This document shows, in pieces, positions 28,583 through 40,397 of a stretch of DNA of 64,000 nucleotides. This stretch comes from Eledone cirrhosa (lineage: Eukaryota), in the NCBI GenBank assembly GCA_964016885.1, contig OZ024743.1, forward strand, positions 100,254,001 to 100,318,000. Direction: 5' to 3'. Position 1 is the first letter of the stretch; each line of letters starts with the position of its first letter. The notes beneath the pieces were generated by a model. The model had not been told where the DNA came from, did not search any database, and saw only the letters and a program-made list of their open reading frames with translations. Both the position numbers and the translations under genes were made by a program.

Positions 28583-31500
28583 TTACTCAGCCAGTTCCAA
28601 CTGTCTGACAGGTATCGACTAGATTTCCCCAATGTGCCAGTATGGACATGGACCAACCGAATGGGGTCATCTAGATCGTATATAGACAGGATCTTCATTA
28701 GGAAAATAGATAGAAATAGTGTGGGCTGTCCACTTTTTAAAACGCTCGCCTATTCAGATCACAAATTTGTGATCTGTACGGTCGACCTAGATAAAACGCG
28801 TAGGTTAGGACCGGGTTACTGGAAGCTGAACATGTCATTCCCGGCACGTAAGGCTTACAGGGACCGAGTCAACAATTTAGTTAAGCAAAAGTTGACAGGG
28901 GGGATCATCAACAACAGATGGTGGGGGGCTCTCAAAAGAGAGATTAGAGAAACTTCGATAGAGTTCAGCAAAGAACTAGCGTTAGAGAAAAATAGAAAAG
29001 AGGGGGAGCTGGTAGATAAGTTAGACGAGGCTATTTGTAGTGGCATTGCAACTGACGTACTAGCGGCAAGAATGGCATTAGACCATTTCTTCAATGCGAA
29101 ACACGAAGGTTGCATTGTCAGAGCTAAGGCGCGTGCGCTGAGAAACGAGGGAACCAAAGCTGTTCGATGGGCCCGCGTGACGGAGGCGCAGCATGGTAAT
29201 AAAACCATAATTCGGTCTTTTGCGGACCGAGACGGACACGAGATAAGCGATTCCAAGCGGATGTGTGAGGCCTTTCGCCAGCACTTTGCTCGGTTGTTCG
29301 GGGGGAGTGGCGAGTCAGAGAGAGTAGCGGATTTCAGTCCCTACCTTGACGGCTTGCCGCGCATCTCGACAGTCGACGCTGAGTGCTGCGAAAGGCTGAT
29401 TACTTCAGCCAAAATTCAGGACGCCCTTGTCGGCTGCATAAGGCGCAAGTCACCCAGTTTGGATGGCCTGCCCTACGAGCTTTACGTAAATATGCCAGAC
29501 TTCTTCTCCGAACTCCTCGAAGCACTTTACTGCAACTGGCAGCAGAATGGGAGTATTCCCAGTTCTGTGAGTAGGGGAGTAGTGACGCTGATAAGGAAAG
29601 ACGAGAACAAGAGGAATACATTAGACAACTTCAGGCCCATAACTCTGCTCAACACAGAGTTTAAGATTTTGGCCAAGGTGTTAGCAAAGAGATTGGCGCT
29701 TGTCGTCGAGGATTTGGTTGGGGAGGCGCAAACTTGCGCAATCCTAGCCAGGTCCATACACGACAATCTCCACCTCATGCGATACATCATAGAGAGGGTA
29801 GGGTGTAAACCTGGCTTCGGTGGGGCACTGATCAATTTAGATCAATCGAAAGCATTCGATAGGGTCGACCATCGGTATCTGGAGTTTGTCCTCAAAGCAG
29901 CTGGCTTCGCTGCAATGCACAGCGGCACACGCTCGGTGGTCAAGGTTAATGGCCACCTCTCGGAACCATTTCGGCTCTCCTGATCGGTCCGTCAAGGGTG
30001 CCCTCTCTCTTCCCTTCTGTACGTATTGACTCTCAGCCTTTACTGCGGAAGCTGGAGCTGTTGCAGGGCATCCTGCTTGAACCGGGACGTGGAAAGGCGG
30101 TGTCGGCTTATGCGGACGACATCACCGTGATGGTGTCGAACACCTCAGAAATCGAGGTGGTCGGCACCTTATTGAAGGAATATGAAAGGTTGACAGGAGC
30201 CAAACTTAACCCAGAAAAGTCGGTGGGCTTGCAGCTCGGAACCTGGAGAGGCAAGCCCATGTTGTCCAACAGCGTCGTGGGGCGCTGGACGGATGGACCG
30301 GTAAAGTTGCTCGGGGTTTGGTTCGGACCAGACCTCCAGGTGGAAAAGAATTGGGACGAGGTAACGAGCAGAGTAGCCAGTCTCACCCAAAAATGGGCTG
30401 GGAGGAAGCTATCACTGAAAGGTCGCGCGGAGGTGGCGAATGCGTACATTGCGTCCGTCATCTACTACCGCCTGACCGTCGTGCCTTGCCCCCGTCCGCG
30501 CCTCGTCAAGTTGGAACGGGCTTCTTCAAATTCTTGTGGAGGGGACAAGTTCCGTTGGTGAGGCGGTCCATCTGCTGCCAGCACCCTCTACGCGGAGGGC
30601 TGGGTATGCCGTGGCTAATGATGTGCAGACATGCATTGAGGCTGCGACATCTCCAGATATTCTGCCTCAACGGTGAACAGGTGTGGTCGCCGTTTATCAG
30701 ACGGGCCTTTCCGCAGCTCATTTCTTTGACTGAGCTGCAGTCCTGGGTGAAGAAGAGACCGAGACTGGGTGACTGGCACCTGGAATGTTGCCAGGCACTC
30801 ACTGCCCTCTACCAAGCGGGCAATGCGATCAGTGGAACTTCCACTCTCGAGTTCTATAGAGGATTAGTGGTGGGCAAGTGCGATGACGCACTCGGAAAAG
30901 CTTTGGGCCTCGATGAAGTCGAACTGACCAGTCTGTACCGGAGGACTTTTGAGCCGGGGCGATGGACAATTTCCAGAAATCCCTCGCTTTGCAGTGCTAC
31001 CGGGGGGCACTGCCGGTTCGGGATAAACTCTACAGGCACGGAAGTGCTGTCAGACGGACCTGCCCAAGATGCGCACAGAATGACGAAACCGTTCTGCATG
31101 CACTTGTCCAATGTCCGTTCTGCACGCACTTGTCCAATGTGGAGTTATGTTATGTCGAACAGCTACTGTCGCGTGTGGACGAATCCGGCTATCGGCCGAG
31201 TCCATAGTGAAGATCGATCCACCGCCTTCCTTAGGTCAGGAAGAGCAGGAAATTTTCCTCTGTCTGGTGGCAGTTGCAAAAGAGATTATATGGTGGACCA
31301 GGTTGAAAGGACTAAAGACAGACACTTTTCTCTTTGGCCAATCCCTCATCAACTTCTTCAAGTTTCACCTGGAAAGGAAGGTGAGGGTGGAGAGAGAAGT
31401 GCTGCCCCCCAGTACATTTGCTAAAAGGTGGGTGAATGTGGCGAGAATGGCTCGTGTGAATTGGCCTACTCTGACCATGCGCCTATAGGCTAGCTAACTT

Positions 31501-31765
31501 GAGGAGAGGGGTGCTCTCCCTGGGTGCCCTAGAAGCGCAGGGTGGTTCAGGATTGGTGGGGTACCCGAGTCACCCCAGGGTCGTCCACCCCCATCAGAGA
31601 ATTTATTTTGTTATATTTATGCATAGTTTATTTTATATTTTTATATTTTCATTGTTAAATCAGTCTTGCCATTGTGCACTTTTACTCGACCTTATTGTAA
31701 ACCCCCACTGTCCCTGTCTTTGTATTGTCCCCTACATGTCGGCCCTTGTGGCTAATAAATGAAAT
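28583..31765 (+). mobile_element. Tx1/L1-clade LINE ORF2, 5'-truncated and disrupted
   Basis: APE end (SYIDRIF, SDH, GYWKLN), RT (NFRPITLLNTEFKIL, DQSKAFD, SVRQGCPLS, AYADD), GGLGMP, zinc knuckle CPRC..ETVLHALVQC, and AATAAA near the 3' end. Stop at 29981 and several frameshifts. Confidence 0.93.
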
Positions 31766-31787
31766 CATTATTATTATTATTATTATT

Positions 31788-31975
31788 GCAGCGGATTGGC
31801 AGTATCGGTAGAGCATCAGACACTATACTTTGTAGCATAGAGTTATGGCCCTTTGCATTCTGAGTTCAAATCCCGCCGGGGTTAGCTTTGCCTTTTTTAT
31901 CCTTACGGGGTCGATAAAATAAAGTACCAGTAATGCACTGGGGTTGATTTAATCGACTTTCCCCTCCCCTTCAAA
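31788..31975 (+). mobile_element. Deu/Nin-like SINE
   Basis: Same A/B boxes and central domain as 28221. Confidence 0.85.
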
Positions 31976-32559
31976 TCTAATCTGTTGTTAGCTATATTAA
32001 ACTATATACAAAACTAAATCTCCTTAATCCTACTTATGACATTAATGTTCTGATTGATGTTCAGATAATAGGTCATAATTGGTGAAGTCACATCTGATAA
32101 TGTTGCTCTTTATTTGTTTTACATTATCTTTTGCTGTCCATCGTCATCTTAGTATTTTTAATAGTTTCTTATTATTAAGGGCAGTCAACCCAGGTGGCCA
32201 ATAAAGAAATTATTATTAAGGGCGATGGGAGGTTGATTGAGTCAGGCATTGTGTTTTGCAGCATTTAGTTGCGACTCTTTACATTCTGAGTTCAAATCCC
32301 ACCAAGGTCAACAGAATAAAGGACCAGTCAAGTAGTGGGATTGATTTAATTGACTTCCCCCTTCCCTCAGATTGCTGTCCAACATGCATACTCCCTCCCC
32401 ACCTTCTCTGCTCTTAATACTCTTGCCTTTACCAACTAAATACCCCTTTCACCTCATCCATATCCAACTTGCATACTACCTCCCCACCATACATGCTCCT
32501 ATGGTGCCTTTCTTATCATGTTCAACCCCTACATACAAGTGAGGAAAGTAGTATGTGCT

Positions 32560-33118
32560 CCCCAACAATGCTGGTGAAATAGTTAAAAGCTCCCAGACCG
32601 CTCTGTAAGGTAGTCATGTGGGTGACACAGCAAAAACTCCTAGTCCACCATATAAGGTGTTCATGCTGGTGAAGGAGCACCCAGCCCACTCTGTAAGGTG
32701 TTCATGTTGGTAACATGACAAAAAGCATCCAGTCCACCCCCTAAAGTGGTTGTACTGGTGATATGGCAAAAAGCACCCAGTCCACCTTGTAAAATGGTTG
32801 TGTTGGTGACATGACAAAAACACTCAGTCCACCTTCTAAAGTGGTTGTGTTGGTGACATGACTAAAAGCACCCAGTCCACCTTGTAAAGTGGTTGTGTTG
32901 GTGACATGACAAAAAGCACCCAGTCCAACCTGTCAGTCATTTTAATGCCATGATAAAAAGCATCCAGACATGGAAACCCAGCAAGAGTTCTGAGTGAGCA
33001 AGACACAGTTATCTGATCTGACTTGTCAAGACACAGTTATATGACTTGTCTCATAACAGGACAACTCATCTAACTCAAGATAGTGTGGAAAAATAGACGT
33101 TAAATGGTGATGATGATC
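32560..33118 (+). repeat. RTE-tail-derived repeat with ~44-bp tandem units
   Basis: About 7 units of AAAAGCACCCAGTCCACCTTGTAAAGTGGTTGTGTTGGTGACATGAC, ending GACGTTAAATGGTGATGATGAT. Confidence 0.8.
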
Positions 33119-33134
33119 ATCATCACCACCACCA

Positions 33135-33322
33135 TCTGGCAGAATCGGTAGAGAGTTGGACACCGTGCTTTGTAGCATAGTTATGGCTCTTTACCTTCTG
33201 AGTTCAAATCCCATCAAGGTTTACTTTGCCTTTCATCCTTACACTACACTGTCGATAAAATAAAGTACCAGTAATGCACTGGGATAATTGCTGGCCTTGT
33301 GCCAAAAGTAGAAACAATTATT
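33135..33322 (+). mobile_element. Deu/Nin-like SINE
   Basis: TGGCAGAATCGGTAGAG...GAGTTCAAATCC...CTTTCATCC...GCCAAAAGTAGAAACAATT. Confidence 0.85.
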
Positions 33323-33635
33323 ATGCAATTATTTTTCCAAAATCTAAAAGTAAAACTAAAATTTTCTTTTAAAAAACTTACTGAGGTATGATGTTTGAGA
33401 ATAAATTTATGTGCCATTTAATGTTTTCGGATGGCTAGGTGGGGTAGGGGGATCCACGGAATATTTAGTAAAATTATACTTGGGGTGGGGATGGGTACTT
33501 TTCTTAAACATTTTCCCATGTATACATTGTGTTGCTTCATTTGTCAATAATTTAAGTACTGTACCAGATTGTGTAAATAGGTTAAACTCTCTAGGCCTCT
33601 CTCTACATAATACATATCTCTCTCTATATATATAT

Positions 33636-34200
33636 CATCATCATTATCACCATTTAACATCCATTATTCCATGCTAGCATGGGTTAGACAAGTTGTCATG
33701 TTGTGAAACAAGTCAAGTCCAGAGATTAGGTTTTGCTCATACAGAACTGTTTCTAGTTTAGTATGTATGGCTGGAGCCCCTTCTTAATGCCAACCACATT
33801 TACATTGTAGACTGGACACCTTTTATCATAACACCAAAACAACCAATTTACAGTGTTGACTGGGTACTTTTTCTCGTATCATCAACCTGATCACTTTACA
33901 GTGTGGACTGGGCGTTTCTTGTCATGACACCATCATGACCACTTTAGCGTGTGGACACAGCATTTTTGTCACAGCGCCAAAGTGGAAACTTTACAGGTAA
34001 GACTGGGTGCTTACACCAAAATGGCCAATTTTTGTTCATCACAACCCTTTTACAAGTTGGATTGCATGTTCTTGTCGTGACTCCATCACAACCACTTTAC
34101 AGGGTATATATATACATACACACAGAGTCATCACAGCCACTTTACAGGGTATATATACATACACACACACAGCGTCATCACGACCACTTACATATGCTGA
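33636..34200 (-). mobile_element. RTE-tail-derived repeat with degenerate ~44-bp units
   Basis: (CAT)n tail followed by CCATGCTAGCATGGGTTAGAC and repeated CACTTTACAG motifs. Confidence 0.7.
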
Positions 34201-34515
34201 CATGAGTTGAATGGGACTTTCTGTTTTACAGTGACACACTCTTCCTGGTGATAACCTTGATAGCATGCAGGGATAAAATGTCCCCAATACATTCTGTAAA
34301 GGAGTTGGTGTTAAGAAGAGCATCCAGAAAATTTGTCAAATAGTGATGACAGGACTCTCCAGTTGTGTCTAGTGTACAACTTCCCTAGTAGTGGTGCCAC
34401 AATAAAACGTACTCAATACACTCTGTAAATTGTAGGAACATATGAAAGCAAGCTGCAACCCTCAGCACCATCTGAGCGTTGACTTGTTCTGTGGTGACCC
34501 ATCCAACTTATGGAC

Positions 34516-34557
<42 letters not shown>

Positions 34558-34659
34558 TATACACACACATGCATTCACTGACACAGGCATAGATACACAT
34601 GTGAATACATCTACATATGTACAGGTGCACGTGTATGTATACACACACTTATCTTAAAC

Positions 34660-37600
34660 CTTACATTCTCGCTAACAACCCATCATCCCTCCCTCCCGCC
34701 CCCACACACCACCATTATTACGTGGACCAATCATAAGTCAGAGGCCCATACTATCGCTTAACTGGTTGCTTTTCGATATGATGGATGGACTACGGAATTC
34801 TGGAGAGTTGAAGAGAGAAAAATGTGGACGCTCAGCGACAATGCCAAAGATAAAGCCAAATTCACCTCGTGGACGAGAATGCAAGCACTCCTCCTTGTTT
34901 CGGCCCAGGATGGCTAACATAACCCCATCCCCCCTCCCCCCCGCGCCCCACCGCTCCCACCCTCCAAACGCAATCCAAAACTTCAGAGTTGGTACCATGA
35001 ATGTAGGCACCTTAAAGGGTCGCTCTAACGAGGTTGTAGAAATGCTTGAACGTAAGGAGGTCGATGTTTGTTGTATTCAAGAGACCAGGTGGAGGGGAGG
35101 GTCGGCTAGATTCATCGTGGGTAAAGAGCGATGCTATAAGCTTTTCTGGGTGGGAAATGACAATGGGTTGGGTGGGGTAGGAATCATGGTAGCAGAAAAG
35201 TGGGCAGATAAGATAATAGACGTAAATAGAGTGAACGACAGAATAATTAAAATAAGACTTGTCCTCAATAAAACTACGGTGACAGTAATATCTGCGTACG
35301 CACCCCAATCCGGACTGCCCCGCGCTATAAAAGACAGATTCTACGAGACACTGATGCTCGCTACCTCCCAAATAACCGACAGTGACTATATAGTTATTGC
35401 AGGCGACCTAAATGGTCACGTTGGACAACATTGTGACGGCTATGACGGAATCCATGGAGACTATGGGTTCGGTACTAGAAATGAGGAAGGCTCCAGAATC
35501 CTGGAATTCTGCGACGCAAATAACTTAACTATCTGTAACACTAACTTCAAAAAACGAGACAATCACTTGATCACCTATAGATCGGGGGAACACACAAGCC
35601 AGGTAGATTATATCCTTACCAGAAGACGTGACAGAGTGTCTGTTGTTAACACTAAATCCCACCCCCATGAAGAATTCACCTCCCAACATAGACTGATAAT
35701 TAGCGACCTCATAGTCAGGACGAGACGTACTAGACAGCGAAAGAAGACTATCCTCAGGAGAAAAATATGGAAGCTAAAGGACCCCATAGCCAGAAATAAA
35801 TTTCAAAGCAAATTACTTGACGCTTTCGACAGTAAGGAAGAGCAATTAGAGTCGTATAATATAGAGGAACAGTGGGAATTCCTGAGAGCAAACCTGCTGA
35901 CGGCGGCAGACGAAGTCTGTGGCTGGAGCAGGCCTGTAGGTAGGAGGAGAGTAACATGGTGGTGGAACAGTAAGGTGGAGGAGTCAATTAAGGCCAAAAA
36001 GCAGGCTTGGAAAGTATGGCGGGATGGGGGAAGTAGAGAAGACTATCAAGTGGCCAGGAGGGAAGCTAGGAGACAAGTGTACTTCGCAAGAAGGGAAGCA
36101 GAGGAAAGAAAGTTCAAGCATGTTCTACAACGTGAGGACCAAAAACGTGAGGTGTTCAGGATTGCCAGGCAATGTGTCAAGGAAAACCGTGATATTGTCG
36201 GGGAGAAGTGTGTACTTAACGATGATGGCATACTTGCCATCACCGACGCTGATAAGAAGGTAGCTTGGAAGTGTCACTACGAAAGGCTTCTAAATGAGGA
36301 GAACAAATGGGAGAAAGACAGTCTCCCCCAGATCGATCCAATAGAGGGACCAGCAGTGTTAGTTGAAGGTAGTATAATAAGTAAGGCAATCAAAGATATG
36401 AAGACGGGTAAGGCGGCTGGGCCTTCGGAAATAGTTGCTGAGATGCTGAAGGCATCTGGTTCGGTGGGACACACCATGGTCACCCGGATAGTTAACCAAG
36501 TCGTACAGAATGGGGTTGTTCCGAAGGAATGGCGTAGCAGCATCATCGTTAACTGCTATAAGGGAAAAGGAGATGCCCTAGATAGGAGTAACTATAGAGG
36601 CATTAAATTAATCGACCAGGTCATGAAGGTCACGGAAAAAGTAATAGCGCAACTAATCAGAGAGAGAATTGATCTAGATGAAATGCAGTTCGGGTTTGTG
36701 TCAGGCAAAAGTACCACAGACGCTCTTTTCATTGTACGACAACTACAGGAGAAGTACCTAGCTAAAAGTAAACCCCTATACTTAGCTTTTGTCGACTTGG
36801 AGAAAGCCTTCGACAGAGTCCCCCGTTCCATTATCTGGTGGTCTCTTAGAAAACTAGGTGTTGACGAATGGCTTGTGAGAGCTATACAAGCCATGTATAA
36901 AGAAACAGTCAGTAAGGTTAGAATTAACAACGAATATAGTGAAGAGTTTAGCGTAAAAGTTGGTGTCCATCAGGGCTCTGTACTTAGCCCCCTACTATTT
37001 ATTATTGCCCTTCAGGCTATAACAGAGGAGTTCAAGACCGGCTGCCCATGGGAACTCCTATACGCAGATGATCTAACGCTCATAGCTGAATCAATGACCG
37101 AACTAGAGAAGAAATTCCAAACGTGGAAGCACGGCCTAGAATCAAAAGGCCTTAAAATTAACCTGGCTAAGACTAAAGTTCTAGTTTGTAGGAAAGAAAA
37201 TAAGGCGGCGGTCCCATCGGGGAAATGGCCATGCTCAGTGTGTAGGAAAGGCGTAGGTAGAAACTCCATTTTATGTCCCAAATGCAAAGTATGGGTGCAT
37301 AAAAGATGTAGTGGGATCACAGGTAAGCTAACTAAGAACATAGATTTTACATGTGGCCGGTGCTCTGGTGCAATAAGTAGCAGCAAGTGCCCACAAAATA
37401 CTAGCTCCTTCAACTGCGCAGAGGGTTCTATAGAAATAGTGGACAGCTTCCGTTATCTGGGTGACAAAATCAGCAGTGGGGGAGGGTGCTCTGAAAGTAC
37501 AGTAGCTAGAGTCAGAACTGGATGGAAAAAGTTCAGAGAGCTTATACCACTATTAGCCGCTAGAGGGTTCTCCCTAAAAATGAAAGGCAGGTTATACGAT

Positions 37601-38522
37601 GCCTGCATACGAACAGCAATGCTGCATGGCAGTGAGACCTGGGCATTGTGTGCAGAGGATATACGCAGACTAGAGAGGAACGAAGCTTGCATGCTCCGCT
37701 GGATGTGCAATAGTAATATACGTGAACGGCAAAGCATAAACGAACTAAGGAAAAAATTAGAAATAAGAGGGATCAGATGTTGTTTACTCGAGAGAAGGCT
37801 ACGTTGGTACGGTCACGTGATGCGCATGAAAGACGACAGCTGTATAACAAAGTGCAGGGCAATAAAGATAGACGGTAGCCACGGAGTAGGCAGACCCAGA
37901 AAAACATGGGACGAGCTGATAAATTCCGACCTCACACGCTTACACCTCTCCAAGACAATGTCACTGGACCGAGACCTTTGGCGGTACTCAGTAATAGAGA
38001 AGACCCGCCTTACCTAAATACAAAGTAAAAACCTACTACAGTCAGTAGGCACCTCTATCAAAACACACCCCCGTCCCACCACCTCCACCCCACCCACACC
38101 GCCCCTTTCAATGTAAAGTTATGTTGGTCCCACAACATCCAGGCCGAAACAAATGAGATCGTGTAGGTGTCACGACAAAAAACACACAGTCCACGCTGTA
38201 AATGTGGCCGTGTAGGCAACACGGTAAAAACCTCCCAGCCCCACACTGTAAATATGGTTGGTGTTAGGAAGGGCATCCAGCTGTAGAAAACCCGCCAGAC
38301 AGTCCACGCTGTAATGTGGCCGTGTAGGCAACACGGTAAAAACCTCCCAGCCCCACACTGTAAATGTGGTTGGTGTTAGGAAGGGCATCCAACTGTAGAA
38401 AACCCGCCAGACAGTCCTATGCGAGCAAGACAACCACTCTTGCCTCAAGTGGGAAAACCCCCGTCCAAACCCATGCAAGCGTGGAACACGGACGCTAAAC
38501 CTGATGATGATGATGATGATGA
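34660..38522 (+). mobile_element. Apparently full-length RTE-clade LINE
   Basis: One intact ORF, a ~500-bp 3' UTR with a ~112-bp tandem duplication, and a (GAT)n tail. The 5' boundary is approximate. Confidence 0.93.
34766..38017 (+). CDS. RTE LINE polyprotein: APE endonuclease, reverse transcriptase, PHD-like Cys/His finger
   Basis: 1083 codons with no stop. GTMNVGTL, CIQET, GDLNGHVG, QVDY, SQH (APE); NYRGIKL, QFGF, FVDLEKAFD, GVHQGSVLSP, LYADD (RT). The true start is probably a downstream ATG. Confidence 0.95.
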   Translation: MLFDMMDGLRNSGELKREKCGRSATMPKIKPNSPRGRECKHSSLFRPRMANITPSPLPPAPHRSHPPNAIQNFRVGTMNVGTLKGRSNEVVEMLERKEVDVCCIQETRWRGGSARFIVGKERCYKLFWVGNDNGLGGVGIMVAEKWADKIIDVNRVNDRIIKIRLVLNKTTVTVISAYAPQSGLPRAIKDRFYETLMLATSQITDSDYIVIAGDLNGHVGQHCDGYDGIHGDYGFGTRNEEGSRILEFCDANNLTICNTNFKKRDNHLITYRSGEHTSQVDYILTRRRDRVSVVNTKSHPHEEFTSQHRLIISDLIVRTRRTRQRKKTILRRKIWKLKDPIARNKFQSKLLDAFDSKEEQLESYNIEEQWEFLRANLLTAADEVCGWSRPVGRRRVTWWWNSKVEESIKAKKQAWKVWRDGGSREDYQVARREARRQVYFARREAEERKFKHVLQREDQKREVFRIARQCVKENRDIVGEKCVLNDDGILAITDADKKVAWKCHYERLLNEENKWEKDSLPQIDPIEGPAVLVEGSIISKAIKDMKTGKAAGPSEIVAEMLKASGSVGHTMVTRIVNQVVQNGVVPKEWRSSIIVNCYKGKGDALDRSNYRGIKLIDQVMKVTEKVIAQLIRERIDLDEMQFGFVSGKSTTDALFIVRQLQEKYLAKSKPLYLAFVDLEKAFDRVPRSIIWWSLRKLGVDEWLVRAIQAMYKETVSKVRINNEYSEEFSVKVGVHQGSVLSPLLFIIALQAITEEFKTGCPWELLYADDLTLIAESMTELEKKFQTWKHGLESKGLKINLAKTKVLVCRKENKAAVPSGKWPCSVCRKGVGRNSILCPKCKVWVHKRCSGITGKLTKNIDFTCGRCSGAISSSKCPQNTSSFNCAEGSIEIVDSFRYLGDKISSGGGCSESTVARVRTGWKKFRELIPLLAARGFSLKMKGRLYDACIRTAMLHGSETWALCAEDIRRLERNEACMLRWMCNSNIRERQSINELRKKLEIRGIRCCLLERRLRWYGHVMRMKDDSCITKCRAIKIDGSHGVGRPRKTWDELINSDLTRLHLSKTMSLDRDLWRYSVIEKTRLT

Positions 38523-40139
38523 CACATTTATTCTAAATTATTGTAATCCACCCCTCCTCTTTCTTTCCTTTTCTGAAATATTGAAGTTCACCAATGTCAA
38601 GATTAGAAGAGCACTTATTGGCTAATAATGCAGCAGATAACATTTTGGGTTTTCACTTTTAAAGGATTAATTTAATCATAAACTGATTACTTATGGGAAG
38701 TGGTGGAAAACAGTAGCAACAATTGAATAGTTGTGAAAATGTCGATGATGCATGTTTTTTGTTTGTTTGTTTGTTTGTTTTTGTTTTTTATTGGTGGGGG
38801 GGGGGGGGCAGTAATGTTCACATTTGTGTTAGTTAACAACTAGGATATTAACCCCTTTGTTACCATATTTCTGTTGAAAAAGGATTGCCGATATTGTTTC
38901 CAAATAATATTGGGAGGGTAGTATTTAGTAATATAGCTAATTTTCTCATTATTAAGATGGTGTTAGGAGCATGATTTAACAAAGGTTCTTACATCGAATT
39001 ATGATGGTAGGTTTTTATATAAATATAATCACTTTAAAATAAACAGATTCGTATCTTAGAACCAGAGGCAGTTTTAGGTAGTTTGGTATCAAAAGGGCCA
39101 AGATATGACTAGGAAAGAGAACTCAGTCTTTTGCACCTCGGACAAGTGTTTTCTACTATACAGTTTTGTGTCAACTAATATTTTGTGAATGAATTTAGTG
39201 GAGGGAAGCCACTTATATGTGTGTGTGAAGTGAAATTTACAGCTCATTGCATCTCATATGAGGTTTCTCAGGTGTTTTAATGATAGGGACCTCAGTTCTA
39301 TTGTAAATAACTACATAAAGTGAAGCATCTTGCTCAAGAACACAATGCCCTACCCAGTCCAAGAATCAAACTTAGGCCATATATGTGTTTGTGTATATCT
39401 CTGTGCCTCTTCATATCAACACTAAAGCAAGCAGTAACATTTGTCTATGTCCTGCTTAAACAATGTATGTCGCTATTTAATATATGCCATACTTAAAAAT
39501 AAAGTATGGGTTGGTCTATGTAGACCCCCTCCAACCCTTGCTAGCAGGGAAAGTGGGCATTAAATTATGATGATGATGATGGAGGGTAAATTTCCTCTAC
39601 ATGGATAAGATGTTGTTTATAAAAGGTAACATGGATTGTATAGTAGACTTAATCCATTGCCCTCGTAGGGAGAAGTAGATCTTCAGCAGGGTGCACTCAG
39701 TGTTCAAAGTCTCTAGTGTTATAACTAGTACATAGTCCATTGTTTACAGAGGGAATACATATTAAATAAATAGACAGGCACACAAACATGCAGGCAGACA
39801 GAGAAACAATATCATCGGCAGAATATGGTGACTTCTGGCATGAATGAAAACATTTTAGAACATTTGCCCTTTTTGTCTCGAATTTGTGTTTCATGTATTC
39901 TAAATAAAAATCTTAAAGCAATTTTATCAGATTTTAGCATTTGTGTGACAGACGGACAAAATAAGCAATTATAATATAGATGTGATACCTTGATACTGCT
40001 TCCTACTACAGCAAAACTTAACCCTTTTGATAAACCCCCCCACACACACACACACACACACGCCAAAACTGTGTCAACTTCTATGAAATGAAATGACCAT
40101 TTTAACGGATTCCTACTTAAATTAAAACCCTCCAACATA

Positions 40140-40397
40140 ATTTTATATATAAAAACGAAAATGTCTGTTTGTCGGTTTGTATACAGGCGATGCATTTCTA
40201 GTTTCCATCCAATTTTGTTCAAATTTGATACATAGGTTATTTATCTCCTGGCGTATGTCAACATATAGTTTAAATCTTTCTCTCCCCTAAAATATCAGGG
40301 TTCTGGGGCTATTTAAAGACCGCCATGTTCAGGAGAAAGGGGGTCTTTATTTACAGTGGCGAAAAGTGTGCCTGGCAACAACGGGCTCTTTTGCTAG
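40140..40397 (+). mobile_element. Short non-autonomous Helitron
   Basis: TATATATAAAAACGAAAATGTCTGTTTGTC start. The 3' end is GCCTGGCAACAACGGGC plus CTAG|T, like the end at 14990-15013. Confidence 0.6.

Noticed and set aside
34640-38540. TSD for the intact RTE (ACACACTTATCTTAAA versus ACACATTTATTCTAAA)
   Set aside because: There are too many mismatches for a young element and the sequence is low-complexity.
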